NCBI GenBank assembly: GCA_902522155.1
Contig: CABYUJ010000006.1
Span: 6,051 to 70,050, forward strand
Source: an uncultured Alphaproteobacteria bacterium
Lineage (GTDB): Bacteria > Pseudomonadota > Alphaproteobacteria > HIMB59
Length of the DNA: 64,000 nucleotides
Direction: 5' to 3'
Positions 1 through 10,081 of the stretch are shown here, piece by piece (position 1 is the stretch's first letter; each line of letters opens with the position of its first letter). The translations under genes and the position numbers were made by a program. Under the pieces are notes generated by a model. That model was given only the letters and a program-made list of their open reading frames with translations, was not told where the DNA came from and did not search any database.

Positions 1-1
1 T

Positions 2-553
2 GCTGAAAGGCAGGATATTGGGAGTTTTAAAAAAATTTTTGATTATTTTGGTCCAAGGCTAAAGTCTTTTTTAATGAAGTCAGGTGCCGATGATGCTGTT
101 GCAGAGGAAATCATTCAAGAAACTATGACTATTATTTGGACTAAAGCCGATTATTATGACCCGTCAGTAGCTTCACCCAGCACCTGGATTTATACTATCG
201 CTCGGAACAAGAAAATTGATATTTTAAGAAAAACTAGAAAAGCGGTCTTGGAGGACATTGAGACTGCCATTTTGCCTCCGGTTGAGTCTAAAGCAGATGA
301 AAATATCGAACATGATCAAAAATTTGAAATGGTGGCACAATATTTAGATGATCTTCCAAAAGATCAACTAGATCTGCTAAAAATGAATTTCTTCGAGGAA
401 AAATCACATGGTGAAATTGCTGAGATAACCAAAATCCCTTTAGGCACCGTAAAATCAAGAATACGTCTAGCATTAGAGAAGATCCGCGGCAAATTGGAAC
501 AAGACGGAAGCATGGCTAATCTAAATAATGACAATGGAAGTATGGTTAACTAA
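2..553 (+). CDS. rpoE: ECF sigma factor RpoE (ChrR-associated), 5' end outside window
   Basis: Frame open from base 2 (AERQDIGSFKKIFDYFGPRLKSFLM...). Region 2 STWIYTIARNKKID and region 4 SHGEIAEITKIPLGTVKSRIRLA. Followed by a chrR-like gene. Confidence 0.9.
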   Translation, partial: AERQDIGSFKKIFDYFGPRLKSFLMKSGADDAVAEEIIQETMTIIWTKADYYDPSVASPSTWIYTIARNKKIDILRKTRKAVLEDIETAILPPVESKADENIEHDQKFEMVAQYLDDLPKDQLDLLKMNFFEEKSHGEIAEITKIPLGTVKSRIRLALEKIRGKLEQDGSMANLNNDNGSMVN

Positions 554-1168
554 ATGACATTTGAAATTCTCAGCACTCCTGTAAGCTCACCTGCAAGTCT
601 TATTTTTCAGCAATGCTTAGCTGAAGTTGATCCTGAAAATAGATCTCTTAATTCTGCGATGAACGAAGTTGGTGGATATTTTTTAGATAAGGCCGAGACA
701 TCTCCTCTATCTAAAGAATTGTGGGATAAAGTTCTAAATCAAACAAATAATCAAAAATCTAAACCGCAAACTAATGAGGACCATGATCCTTTATTAAGTC
801 AATTACCATTTACTTTAAGATCTCATTTAAGAAACAAAGATATTAAGTGGAAATCTTTTAAAGATGTTAAAGTTGCTTCTATACTTCCCAAGGATAATAA
901 TGAAAAGCTAGAACTTATCCATGTTATGCCCGGTGCAAAAATTCCTCAGCACACACACGAAGGCAACGAAAGTTTTTTAGTTTTACACGGTTCTTATAGT
1001 GATGAGTATGGAAATTATAAGCAAGGATCTGTTCAAGTAAGAAGTGATGATCATAATCATACACCTGTTGGTGATACAAAAACTGGTTGTATCGGACTTG
1101 CTTACACTCACGGTAAAATTAAATTCTCCGGTAAGTTTGGTAAGCTGCTAAATTTAATCGCTAACTAA
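554..1168 (+). CDS. chrR: ChrR-family anti-sigma factor (cupin domain)
   Basis: Cupin motif PQHTHEGNE..VLHGSYSDE..HTP. Directly downstream of rpoE. Confidence 0.85.
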   Translation: MTFEILSTPVSSPASLIFQQCLAEVDPENRSLNSAMNEVGGYFLDKAETSPLSKELWDKVLNQTNNQKSKPQTNEDHDPLLSQLPFTLRSHLRNKDIKWKSFKDVKVASILPKDNNEKLELIHVMPGAKIPQHTHEGNESFLVLHGSYSDEYGNYKQGSVQVRSDDHNHTPVGDTKTGCIGLAYTHGKIKFSGKFGKLLNLIAN

Positions 1169-1174
1169 TTTTAA

Positions 1175-1573
1175 TTATAAAATATATAGAATGTGTGCGG
1201 GAGCAATTCCAGCCGTTAGGATTAATCTTAGAATAAAATAATCAGTTTTAATTATTTTTTCTTTAAAATAAAAAAAGAAATCAAAGCATAAAACTATGAA
1301 ATAGCCCGCTATAAAAAACCCAATAGTTTCATCAAATTTTAAGTCAAATGCTAAAACCAAAAATGCATAAACAGCTGGGCAAACACTAAACAAAATAGCT
1401 ATATTATTCTTTGATTGGAGATAAACGCCCCAATACACTGCCCCTAAAAATGACATTATAACTGCAGAATAATAAACAAACATATCTTTATCAAAATCAA
1501 GAAATATTAAATCGATGCTGTAAAAACAAAGATAAAAAGGAATTAAACCAGGAATACCTATAAGGTAAATCAT
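1175..1573 (-). CDS. DUF3429-like membrane protein
   Basis: GLIPF and YSAVIMSFLGAVYWG motifs; hydrophobic. Confidence 0.75.
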   Translation of the reverse strand: MIYLIGIPGLIPFYLCFYSIDLIFLDFDKDMFVYYSAVIMSFLGAVYWGVYLQSKNNIAILFSVCPAVYAFLVLAFDLKFDETIGFFIAGYFIVLCFDFFFYFKEKIIKTDYFILRLILTAGIAPAHILYIL

Positions 1574-1812
1574 TCTTGATAAAGTTTATCGATTTGCTCT
1601 GCTAAATCTAGATCTCTTTGAGTAACTTTCTGAACATCGTGAGAAATAAGAGAAATGGTAACAGTTCCGTAATCTAAAATAATTTGGGGATGATGATTTT
1701 TTTTCTCAGATAACATTGCTACTTGGCTGGTAAAGGCAAAGCTTTTTCTGTAATTTTTAAATTCAAAAGTTTTTGTTAGTCTTCCCTCATTGTCTTTTGA
1801 CCAATCAGTCAT
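1570..1812 (-). CDS. phhB: Pterin-4-alpha-carbinolamine dehydratase
   Basis: EKKNHHPQI..YGTV...SHD...RDLDLA motif. Confidence 0.9.
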   Translation of the reverse strand: MTDWSKDNEGRLTKTFEFKNYRKSFAFTSQVAMLSEKKNHHPQIILDYGTVTISLISHDVQKVTQRDLDLAEQIDKLYQE

Positions 1813-1815
1813 AGC

Positions 1816-2853
1816 TTAAGGTGCGGGTGATGGATTGTTTTCATGTATATCATTAATTTCATCAATTATTTCTTTTGATAATTCTATATCTACTGAATTT
1901 ATATTTTCTATCAGCTGATCCATTTTTGTTGCACCAATAATATTACTTGTAACAAAGTCTTGTTGGTTAACAAATGCAAGTGACAGTTCAGTAGGGGTTA
2001 GACCGTTATCCTCTGCAATTTTACAGTATTGTTCAGTAGCAACAATCGATCTCTCATTGGTATACCTGGTCCAATCCTCCCAAATTGTTAAGCGAGCGCC
2101 ATCTGGTTTTTTAGAGTTTCTGTATTTTCCAGTTAACACACCACATGCTAAAGGAGAATAAGCTAACAAACCTACCTGATCTCTAATGGATATTTCAGAC
2201 ATACCAACTTCATAAGTTCTATTTAATAAACTATATGGGTTTTGGACAGACATAACCCTTGGTAGATTTTTATATTTGGACAAGTTGATGTAATTGGATA
2301 AGCCATAGGGAGTTTCATTGGATAAGCCTAAATGTCTAATCTTACCTTGATCGATAAATTTTTTTGCTGTCTCTAAAATTTCTTCAAAGGGAGTCCATTC
2401 TTTCTCTTCTTTATAATTTTTATATCCCAGCCTTCCAAAAAAATTTGTTTTTCTCTCTGGCCAATGTAGTTGATAAAGATCAATGTAATCTGTTTGTAAT
2501 CTTTTTAGACTTCCTTCTAATGCTTCGGTGAAATGTTTTTCATTAAATTGTAGACCACCTCCTCTAATCCATCTTACATCAGGGCCTGCGACTTTTGATG
2601 CTAATATTACTTTCTCTCTATTATTTTTCTGTTTAAACCAATTACCAATTATTTTTTCAGTGGCACCATATGTTTTTTCTTTCCCCTTAACTGAATAATA
2701 TTCCGCGGTGTCAAAGAAATTAACCCCTTTTTCTAGAGAATAATCCATTTGCTCAAACGCCTCATTTTCTGTATTTTGCTCTCCCCAGGTCATTGTACCA
2801 AGGCAAATAAGGCTTACTTGAAGGTCAGTATTTCCTAAGGGTTTGAATTTCAT
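1816..2853 (-). CDS. tas: Aldo/keto reductase (Tas-like)
   Basis: CLGTMTWGEQN, FFDTAEYY, DYIDLYQLHWP, SNETP, QNPYSLLNR. Confidence 0.92.
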   Translation of the reverse strand: MKFKPLGNTDLQVSLICLGTMTWGEQNTENEAFEQMDYSLEKGVNFFDTAEYYSVKGKEKTYGATEKIIGNWFKQKNNREKVILASKVAGPDVRWIRGGGLQFNEKHFTEALEGSLKRLQTDYIDLYQLHWPERKTNFFGRLGYKNYKEEKEWTPFEEILETAKKFIDQGKIRHLGLSNETPYGLSNYINLSKYKNLPRVMSVQNPYSLLNRTYEVGMSEISIRDQVGLLAYSPLACGVLTGKYRNSKKPDGARLTIWEDWTRYTNERSIVATEQYCKIAEDNGLTPTELSLAFVNQQDFVTSNIIGATKMDQLIENINSVDIELSKEIIDEINDIHENNPSPAP

Positions 2854-2873
2854 AAAAGATTCATACGGTTTTA

Positions 2874-2902
2874 CTTGAAAAATATCAAGATAATAGCCAT
2901 AT
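2874..2902 (+). promoter_or_regulatory. Putative RpoH (sigma-32) promoter
   Basis: CTTGAA-N16-GCCATAT upstream of the Bax-inhibitor gene. Confidence 0.55.
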
Positions 2903-2924
2903 TAAAAATAATTAAGGAGAAATA

Positions 2925-3632
2925 ATGGTCGAATTAAAACAAAATACATATTCGCAGTCGCAATCTACAGTTATAGATCAGGGCTTAAGAGATTATATGA
3001 TGAAAGTCTATAATTACATGACCTCTGGTTTAGCTATAAGTGGTTTAGTGGCATGGGGATTTTCTCAGTCTCCTACTTTAATGGGGGCTATTTATGGCAC
3101 AGCACTTCAATGGGTTGTAATGCTCGCTCCACTTGGATTTATTTTCTTTTTAGGTGCAAGATTACAAAAAATGTCTACCTCTGCAGCTCAAATGACATTT
3201 TGGGCCTTCGCTGCTGTGATGGGAATTTCACTGTCTTATATATTCATAGTTTTCACTGGCGTAAGCATTGTAAGAGTATTTTTAATTACAAGCTGTACAT
3301 TCGCTGCGATGAGCATCTATGGATATGCAACTAAAAGAGATTTAACAAAGTTTGGTTCATTTCTTATAATGGGACTCATTGGAATTATTATTGCTAGTAT
3401 TGTAAATATATTTTTACAAAGTTCTGCGATGCAATTTGTAATTTCTTGTGTGGGTGTTTTAGTGTTTGTGGGTTTAACTGCTTACGATACTCAAAGAATT
3501 AAATCAACTTATTATCAAGTTGCTGGAACTGCTTTTGCAGGAAAAGCTGCAATCATGGGTGCACTAACATTATACTTAGACTTCATAAACCTATTCATAA
3601 TGTTGATGCAATTATTTGGTCAGCGTAGATAA
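2925..3632 (+). CDS. Bax inhibitor-1/YccA family membrane protein
   Basis: DQGLRDYMMKVYNYM, GLTAYDTQRIK, GALTLYLDFINLF. Confidence 0.93.
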   Translation: MVELKQNTYSQSQSTVIDQGLRDYMMKVYNYMTSGLAISGLVAWGFSQSPTLMGAIYGTALQWVVMLAPLGFIFFLGARLQKMSTSAAQMTFWAFAAVMGISLSYIFIVFTGVSIVRVFLITSCTFAAMSIYGYATKRDLTKFGSFLIMGLIGIIIASIVNIFLQSSAMQFVISCVGVLVFVGLTAYDTQRIKSTYYQVAGTAFAGKAAIMGALTLYLDFINLFIMLMQLFGQRR

Positions 3633-3638
3633 ACATTA

Positions 3639-4550
3639 TTGAAAATAAATTTTTTAAAGGGGCTATCTTTTTTAGCCCCTTTTTTATTTCTGCCATATTT
3701 AATTTGGGGGAGTGTGATTAATGAAAAGACAACAATTCCTAACTCCGTAAATCATAAAGCAGATCACAATTATAAAAACTCCGATATTGAAGTAAGACTA
3801 GGTGAAACATCACAGAGATTTGAGTTAAAGCATGGGGAGTGTGGTCAAGATATATATTGGGATGATTGTTCAAACGATAGACAAAGAGTAGAAAGAGAAA
3901 TTGTATGGAAGGGTATAAATGAAACTAAATGGTTTGGTTTCAGTATTTATGTAGATAAAGACTATCCTACACTAAATAAAGCTAGCTGGGCTCAGTCTAA
4001 AATACATAATTGGAGACATCCAATTTGGATGCTCCAAGCCAATGGCATAAGTGTTAACCTTACATTTAATTCTTTAGGTCAAAGAAATTGTTATGTTGGA
4101 AAATTATCTAGCTTCAAGGGTCAATGGAATGATATTTTGATTAAGACTGAATATTCATTTGAAGGTGGAAAGAAAGAACTAGGTGAGAGTTATACAGAAT
4201 TTTATTTGAATGGAGAAAAAATAAAAAAATGCTCTATGAGATACCCTGTATTAACTAAAGATGCTTATAAAGAGAGTGGTAACAAAGATTTATTTTTTAA
4301 ATACGGAATCTATAACAGTCACATTAGCAATTGGTTAGACAAAAATAAGACTAAAGAAGTTGATGCAAAAGAGTGGAAAGATACACATGAAGATAGCAGC
4401 GGTAGTGTTATTTCAAGCAAAGCTAAAAATCCTTTTGAAGTTGATTGGGGCGTGAAAGTGCCCAATCAAGTAGTTTATTTTGATGAAATGAGAATTGGGA
4501 ATAGTAGAGAAAGTGTAGATATAAATTTAATTAACAAGGCTGTTGATTAA
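3639..4550 (+). CDS. Polysaccharide-lyase (heparin lyase I)-like beta-sandwich protein; start may be GTG 3714
   Basis: QRFELKHGEC..DC..DRQRVE, WFGFSIY, FKYGIY, VVYFDEMRIG pattern. Confidence 0.6.
   Translation: MKINFLKGLSFLAPFLFLPYLIWGSVINEKTTIPNSVNHKADHNYKNSDIEVRLGETSQRFELKHGECGQDIYWDDCSNDRQRVEREIVWKGINETKWFGFSIYVDKDYPTLNKASWAQSKIHNWRHPIWMLQANGISVNLTFNSLGQRNCYVGKLSSFKGQWNDILIKTEYSFEGGKKELGESYTEFYLNGEKIKKCSMRYPVLTKDAYKESGNKDLFFKYGIYNSHISNWLDKNKTKEVDAKEWKDTHEDSSGSVISSKAKNPFEVDWGVKVPNQVVYFDEMRIGNSRESVDINLINKAVD
3656..3685 (+). terminator. Rho-independent terminator after the Bax-inhibitor gene
   Basis: AAAGGGGCTA-7nt-TAGCCCCTTT stem running into a T-tract. Confidence 0.7.
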
Positions 4551-4606
4551 ATAAAGTTCAGTTAAAAAAAGGTATTAATTTTAAACTTAACTTGTAAGAT
4601 CCCCGC

Positions 4607-5491
4607 GTGATTGAATACTTTTTAGCAATTGGTGCAGCGGCGATTTGGTCAGGTGTAGCTCTTTCTGCTACAAGAATAGTCAGATATTTTGGAAGCTATA
4701 ATTATAACTTACTAAGACTTTTAGGAATTATTTTTTTCTTCTTTCCTTATGTATATTTAAATTGGAAACCAATTTATTTTAACGAGTCTATATTTACAGC
4801 AATTTTTTTTTCATCGATTATTGGCGTAATTATTGGTGATACTTTTTTATTTGTGTGTCTTAAAAGGTTAGGGCCAAGAAGACAGGCTTTACTTTTTTCA
4901 ATGCAAATTCCATTTACTATTATTCTTGCTGAAGTTTTTCTCAAAACATTACCATCTGTAATTGAATTAATTGGTTGTAGTCTAATATTTATAGGCATAA
5001 TTATTGCTATCCAGTTTAATAAAACTATTCCTGAAGACGACCTAGAAAACATTCAAGGAAATAAATATATTGGTTTACTTGCTGGAATAGGATTGGCTCT
5101 TTGCCAATCTATCGGGATTATTCTAATGAAGCCTGCATTAACTTCAACAGATCCTATAATTGTTTCCTACCTTAGAGTAATTGTAGCTGCAATAATTATG
5201 TTTGTGAGCTTATTTTTTATAAAAAATAATCAACTTTGGGAAAGAATGAAAGACCTTAAAAAAACTTTTTATAGTATTTTTCTTGGCTTTATGGGAATGG
5301 GCGTTGGAATGACTATGTTAATCATTGCTCTTAAAAATGGAGATCCTGGAATTATTTCAACTTTATCAAGCACAATGCCTATTATGATAATACCAATATT
5401 GTGGTTTGTTACAAAAAATTATGCAGGGCATCTAGCAGTAATAGGCGCTACTCTAACTTGTTTTGGAGCAGGGGTAATTTTTTTAAATTAA
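4607..5491 (+). CDS. DMT/EamA family transporter
   Basis: About 10 TM segments; GVIIGDTFLF..LKRLGPRR. Confidence 0.85.
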   Translation: MIEYFLAIGAAAIWSGVALSATRIVRYFGSYNYNLLRLLGIIFFFFPYVYLNWKPIYFNESIFTAIFFSSIIGVIIGDTFLFVCLKRLGPRRQALLFSMQIPFTIILAEVFLKTLPSVIELIGCSLIFIGIIIAIQFNKTIPEDDLENIQGNKYIGLLAGIGLALCQSIGIILMKPALTSTDPIIVSYLRVIVAAIIMFVSLFFIKNNQLWERMKDLKKTFYSIFLGFMGMGVGMTMLIIALKNGDPGIISTLSSTMPIMIIPILWFVTKNYAGHLAVIGATLTCFGAGVIFLN

Positions 5492-5919
5492 TCTGAGCCT
5501 TTTTCAACATTAACTATTTTTAAGTCCTTAGTCTTTTTAATTTGTGTTTGTAATATTTTATTTAAAGGATCTTTTCCTAAGTATTTTTTAAATTTTTTCT
5601 GACTTTGTGTAGCTTTATCTGTATTGCCCTCCGTTATTGCAACTAATGTCTCTCTTAAGTGTTCAAGGCCTTTTTGCTCATTTGAAGATTTGTAGCGCAT
5701 ATATGCGGCTCGTGGATAAATAAAAAGCTTTGTAAAAGCATAAGAAAACAAAATTAAAAGAATAAGAGATGTAATTAAGACAAAAAGGAATTGGACTATG
5801 GGGATGCTCAATTGCCAAATGCCTAAAACTAGTGAAAGGTTTCCAGCATTGTTAAAAAGATAAAAAAGAGCGCCATAACCACTTATAAAAATTATTAAAA
5901 TTATTAGTAGCCTTATCAT
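5488..5919 (-). CDS. HemY N-terminal-domain-only protein
   Basis: Two TM helices then KGLEHLRETLVAITEGN..A..LG.DPL; syntenic with COG4223 and tsaD. Confidence 0.65.
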   Translation of the reverse strand: MIRLLIILIIFISGYGALFYLFNNAGNLSLVLGIWQLSIPIVQFLFVLITSLILLILFSYAFTKLFIYPRAAYMRYKSSNEQKGLEHLRETLVAITEGNTDKATQSQKKFKKYLGKDPLNKILQTQIKKTKDLKIVNVEKGSD

Positions 5920-6716
5920 TAAATCATATTCTCTAGAAAAATTTGGTTATCGTTATAGATTTGAGCTAGTTCATAAGAAGATTTAAAAAATATTTTTTGA
6001 TTAGGATTTAATTTCTCGTATTCAATTATTGCCTTTGTATATTGTCGATTGTACATCGCATTAATAAATGATGGTAAGGGTTCTAATGAATTTTTTGTTA
6101 TTTGAATTTCAAATATATTTTCAATAATTCTTTTAAGCCATTGAAAATTATTTTGTTTCATAAACTCATTTTGTACATACGTATTTTCATTAATCTGTAG
6201 TTGCTGTACTGAATATGTATAATCAGGAATAGTGAGCAGTTCTTTAAATTTTTCTTCATTAAAAAATAAATACTGATTTTGAAGTTTTTGAATATTTTTA
6301 TTTCGAATTTGTTGCTGATCAATATTAATTATAATCTGATTTATGGACAAAATTAATTCATATGCCTCATCATTGGATAATGTAATCTGTTGTGGCTCTG
6401 GTTCTGGCTGAACAATAGTAGTTTGAGGTATTTCTTGAACATTTTTTGCTAACTCTAGTATAAGAGACTCAAGACGATCTACTTTATCTTCCAGTTCTTT
6501 GTTATTTAAATCATTAACAGGGGTTATCTCTTTTTGAATATTTGGTGATTGTGTTTCTTGGTTTAATTTGCTGAATTGTGCCTTATCAAATATTAAAAGG
6601 TTATTCCGATACAAGTAGCCCCCTGCAACAGTTATAATGATTAAAAATATTACTATTAGGAAAAGATTACGTTGAAGAAAGCTTTTTTTTCTGTCATTTT
6701 TTTGATTTTCAGACAT
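5919..6716 (-). CDS. Membrane-anchored coiled-coil protein, COG4223/Mic60-like by synteny
   Basis: N-terminal TM plus coiled coil; lies between tsaD and the hemY-like gene. Confidence 0.5.
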   Translation of the reverse strand: MSENQKNDRKKSFLQRNLFLIVIFLIIITVAGGYLYRNNLLIFDKAQFSKLNQETQSPNIQKEITPVNDLNNKELEDKVDRLESLILELAKNVQEIPQTTIVQPEPEPQQITLSNDEAYELILSINQIIINIDQQQIRNKNIQKLQNQYLFFNEEKFKELLTIPDYTYSVQQLQINENTYVQNEFMKQNNFQWLKRIIENIFEIQITKNSLEPLPSFINAMYNRQYTKAIIEYEKLNPNQKIFFKSSYELAQIYNDNQIFLENMI

Positions 6717-6745
6717 TCAATAAGAATCTATATTTTTTTATAATA

Positions 6746-7762
6746 ATGAAAGTTTTAGCAATAGAAAGTTCTTGTGATGATACGTCTATCGCCATTGTAA
6801 AAGATGATAAAAATGTTGAGTTTCTTGAAACAATTAATCACAGGAAATTTCATAAAGATCATGGGGGCGTTATACCCGAAATGGCAGCAAGACAACATTT
6901 GGAAATTTTAGATACATTGGTCAAATCAATAAAAAAAATTAATTTTTCAAAAATTTCAGCAATTGCCGCAACTTTTGGGCCTGGGCTCATAGGTGGATTA
7001 ATTGTAGGGTCATCTTTTGCAAAAGGTCTATCAATGTCTAAAAATATTAAACTTATTCCAATTAATCATTTACAAGCACATTTGCTATCACCTCGACTTG
7101 TATCTAAAATTAAGTTTCCATATTTATGCCTACTCGTCTCTGGAGGAAATACGGCATTAGTATTGGTAAAAAATCCAAAAAATTTTATCACACTTGGATC
7201 AACAATTGATGACTCTGCAGGTGAGTGTTTTGATAAAGTAGCTAAAGGGTTAGGGTTAGGTTATCCTGGTGGGCCAGAAATTGAACGTTTAGCAATAGGT
7301 GGAAATATTGAGAGGTTTGAACTCCCAATGCCTTTGACAAAAAGAAATAACTGTGAATTTTCTTTTTCAGGTTTAAAAACAGCGGCACTAAATACCATCA
7401 CAAAAAATAAAAAAACGAAAATATTTCTGAAGGACTTTTCGGCTTCATTTCAACATACTGTATTTAAAGTATTAGAAATTAAAATATTAAATAGCATTAA
7501 ACTCTTACAAAAAGAAAATATTAAAATTAATGATTTTTCTATTTGTGGTGGAGTAGCAGCAAATAAATATTTAAATACTGAACTTAAAAAACTTATTTCA
7601 ACAAAGAAACTTAATTTTCATCAAGTACCTTTATCTTTATGTACCGACAACGCTGCAATGATTGGTTGGAACGCTATCGAATATATGAAAACTAGAAAAA
7701 CCAAATTAAATAATTATAATGTTAGACCATCACCCAATATATTAATACATGAACACTTCTAA
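6746..7762 (+). CDS. tsaD: tRNA threonylcarbamoyltransferase TsaD
   Basis: IESSCDDT, HLQAH, LLVSGG, DDSAGECFDK, CTDNAAMI. Confidence 0.96.
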   Translation: MKVLAIESSCDDTSIAIVKDDKNVEFLETINHRKFHKDHGGVIPEMAARQHLEILDTLVKSIKKINFSKISAIAATFGPGLIGGLIVGSSFAKGLSMSKNIKLIPINHLQAHLLSPRLVSKIKFPYLCLLVSGGNTALVLVKNPKNFITLGSTIDDSAGECFDKVAKGLGLGYPGGPEIERLAIGGNIERFELPMPLTKRNNCEFSFSGLKTAALNTITKNKKTKIFLKDFSASFQHTVFKVLEIKILNSIKLLQKENIKINDFSICGGVAANKYLNTELKKLISTKKLNFHQVPLSLCTDNAAMIGWNAIEYMKTRKTKLNNYNVRPSPNILIHEHF

Positions 7763-8168
7763 AAATTATTGGCTTCTAAAATCAGAGCCTAGTTCTTGGT
7801 CATGGGATCAACAAAAAAAGAAAAAAACTGAACATTGGGATGGTGTTAGAAATTACCAGGCAGCAAATAATATGAAAAACATGAGAAAAGGAGATGAGTG
7901 TCTGTTTTATCACTCAGTAACAGAGAAGGCCATAAAGGGAATAGTTAGGGTTACTAAGGAATATTATCCAGATCACACAGATAAAAAGGGAATATTTGGA
8001 ATGATTGATGTAACTTATGTCAAAGATCTAAATGATGTTTACTTATCAGAAATTAAAGCAGACCCATTTTTCCTAGATTTTCCGCTCGTAAAACAAGCAA
8101 GATTAAGTGTGATGCCTGTAACATTGAAGCAATGGAAGAAATTAATTAGTATGAGTGAAAAAAAATGA
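7749..8168 (+). CDS. EVE domain protein
   Basis: [28 protein letters not shown]. Confidence 0.93.
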   Translation: MNTSKNYWLLKSEPSSWSWDQQKKKKTEHWDGVRNYQAANNMKNMRKGDECLFYHSVTEKAIKGIVRVTKEYYPDHTDKKGIFGMIDVTYVKDLNDVYLSEIKADPFFLDFPLVKQARLSVMPVTLKQWKKLISMSEKK

Positions 8169-10081
8169 GAGAATTTAAATTATCTAATCCACTGTTATCA
8201 AAAGAACAATATGAAGAGATGTATACAGAGTCTTTTAATAATAAAGAGCAGTTCTGGTCTAAAGTGGCAAAATCTCAACTAACATGGTCTAAAGATTTCA
8301 CTAAAGTTAAAAACACCAACTATGACGGTGACGTATCTATTAAATGGTTTGAGGATGGTGAATTGAACGTTTGTTATAACTGTGTCGATAGACATGTGGA
8401 AACACAACCAAATGAAATAGCAGTTATTTGGGAGGGTGATGAAACTAGTAAAAATAAAACCTACACCTATAAAGAACTAAAGTCAGAAGTAAGTAAATTT
8501 GCAAATGTTCTTAAAAAACTTGGTGTACGAAAAGGTGATGTAGTAACAATTTACTTGACTATGATTCCTGAAGTTGCATTTGCTATGTTGGCTTGTGCAA
8601 GAATAGGTGCAATTCATTCAGTAATTTTTGGGGGCTTCGCCCCAGAGTCAATAGCAGGACGAATTAAAGATTGCAAATCACAATTTGTAATTACAGCTGA
8701 CGAGGGTGTTCGAGGAGGAAAGATAATTCCACTTAAAAAATATATTAATACAGCTTTAGAGAGTTGTGATAGTTCTATAAAGACTCTTGTTGTTCGGTAT
8801 ACAAATACTAAAGATGATTTACATAAAAACAATAATTTTTATTATGATGAATTACTTAAAGAAGTAGACGATCAATGTGAATGTGTATCAATGAATGCAG
8901 AGGATCCTCTTTTCATTTTATATACATCTGGTTCTACAGGTAAGCCAAAAGGTGTTCTTCATACTACAGGAGGATATTTAGTTTATGCCTCATTTACGCA
9001 TAAGTACTCTTTTGACTATCATCCAGGTGATGTTTATTGGTGCACCGCCGATGCTGGATGGATTACAGGACATTCTTATTCTGTTTATGGTCCGCTCGCA
9101 AACGGTGGTAAAACATTATTGTTCGAAGGCGTTCCTAACTATCCAGACTTTTCTCGCTTTTGGGAGGTTTGTGATAAATACAAAGTTAATATTTTCTACA
9201 CAGCTCCTACTGTTTTAAGATCTTTGATGAAAGAGGGTAATTCATATATTGAAAAATGTGATTTAAGTTCTTTAAGAATTTTGGGGACGGTTGGCGAGCC
9301 AATTAATCCTGAGGCTTGGAGTTGGTACTCAACAGTAGTAGGTAAAGATAAATGTCCTGTTATAGATACCTGGTGGCAAACAGAAACAGGAGGACATTTA
9401 ATATCCCCAATACCTGGGGTTTCGAAACTTAAACCTGGTAGTGCAACCAAACCATATTTTGGAATTGAAGCTGCAATTGTAGACGATAGTGGGAATATTT
9501 TAGAGGGTGAGTGTGAAGGTAAGCTTTGTATATTAGATAGTTGGCCAGGGCAAATGAGAACTGTATACGGTGATCACAAGCGTTTTACTGATACATATTT
9601 TAGCCAGTATAAAGGAAAGTATTTTACAGGTGACGGATGTCGAAGAGATAAAGATGGATTTTATTGGATTACTGGTAGGGTTGATGATTGCATAAATGTA
9701 TCAGGTCATTTGCTTGGGACAGCAGAAATTGAAAGTGCTTTTGTTGAACATGAACTTGTTTCTGAAGCTGCTGTAGTGGGATACCCACACGATATTAAAG
9801 GTCAGGGTATTTATGCTTATGTTACTACAAATACAGGTGTGGAAGTTAGTGAAGACTTGAAAAAAGAACTCATTCAATGGATAAGAAAAAAAATAGGGCC
9901 CATAGCAACTCCCGATAAATTACAATTTTCTCCCGGACTTCCAAAAACTAGGTCGGGTAAAATAATGAGAAGAATTTTAAGAAAAATTGCCTCTCGAGAA
10001 GAGGACCAACTTGGTGACACGTCTACATTAGCTGACCCAAATGTTGTACAATCTTTAATAGACGGGTCTAAAAATATCTAA
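8165..10081 (+). CDS. acs: Acetyl-CoA synthetase
   Basis: [32 protein letters not shown]. Confidence 0.97.
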   Translation: MREFKLSNPLLSKEQYEEMYTESFNNKEQFWSKVAKSQLTWSKDFTKVKNTNYDGDVSIKWFEDGELNVCYNCVDRHVETQPNEIAVIWEGDETSKNKTYTYKELKSEVSKFANVLKKLGVRKGDVVTIYLTMIPEVAFAMLACARIGAIHSVIFGGFAPESIAGRIKDCKSQFVITADEGVRGGKIIPLKKYINTALESCDSSIKTLVVRYTNTKDDLHKNNNFYYDELLKEVDDQCECVSMNAEDPLFILYTSGSTGKPKGVLHTTGGYLVYASFTHKYSFDYHPGDVYWCTADAGWITGHSYSVYGPLANGGKTLLFEGVPNYPDFSRFWEVCDKYKVNIFYTAPTVLRSLMKEGNSYIEKCDLSSLRILGTVGEPINPEAWSWYSTVVGKDKCPVIDTWWQTETGGHLISPIPGVSKLKPGSATKPYFGIEAAIVDDSGNILEGECEGKLCILDSWPGQMRTVYGDHKRFTDTYFSQYKGKYFTGDGCRRDKDGFYWITGRVDDCINVSGHLLGTAEIESAFVEHELVSEAAVVGYPHDIKGQGIYAYVTTNTGVEVSEDLKKELIQWIRKKIGPIATPDKLQFSPGLPKTRSGKIMRRILRKIASREEDQLGDTSTLADPNVVQSLIDGSKNI

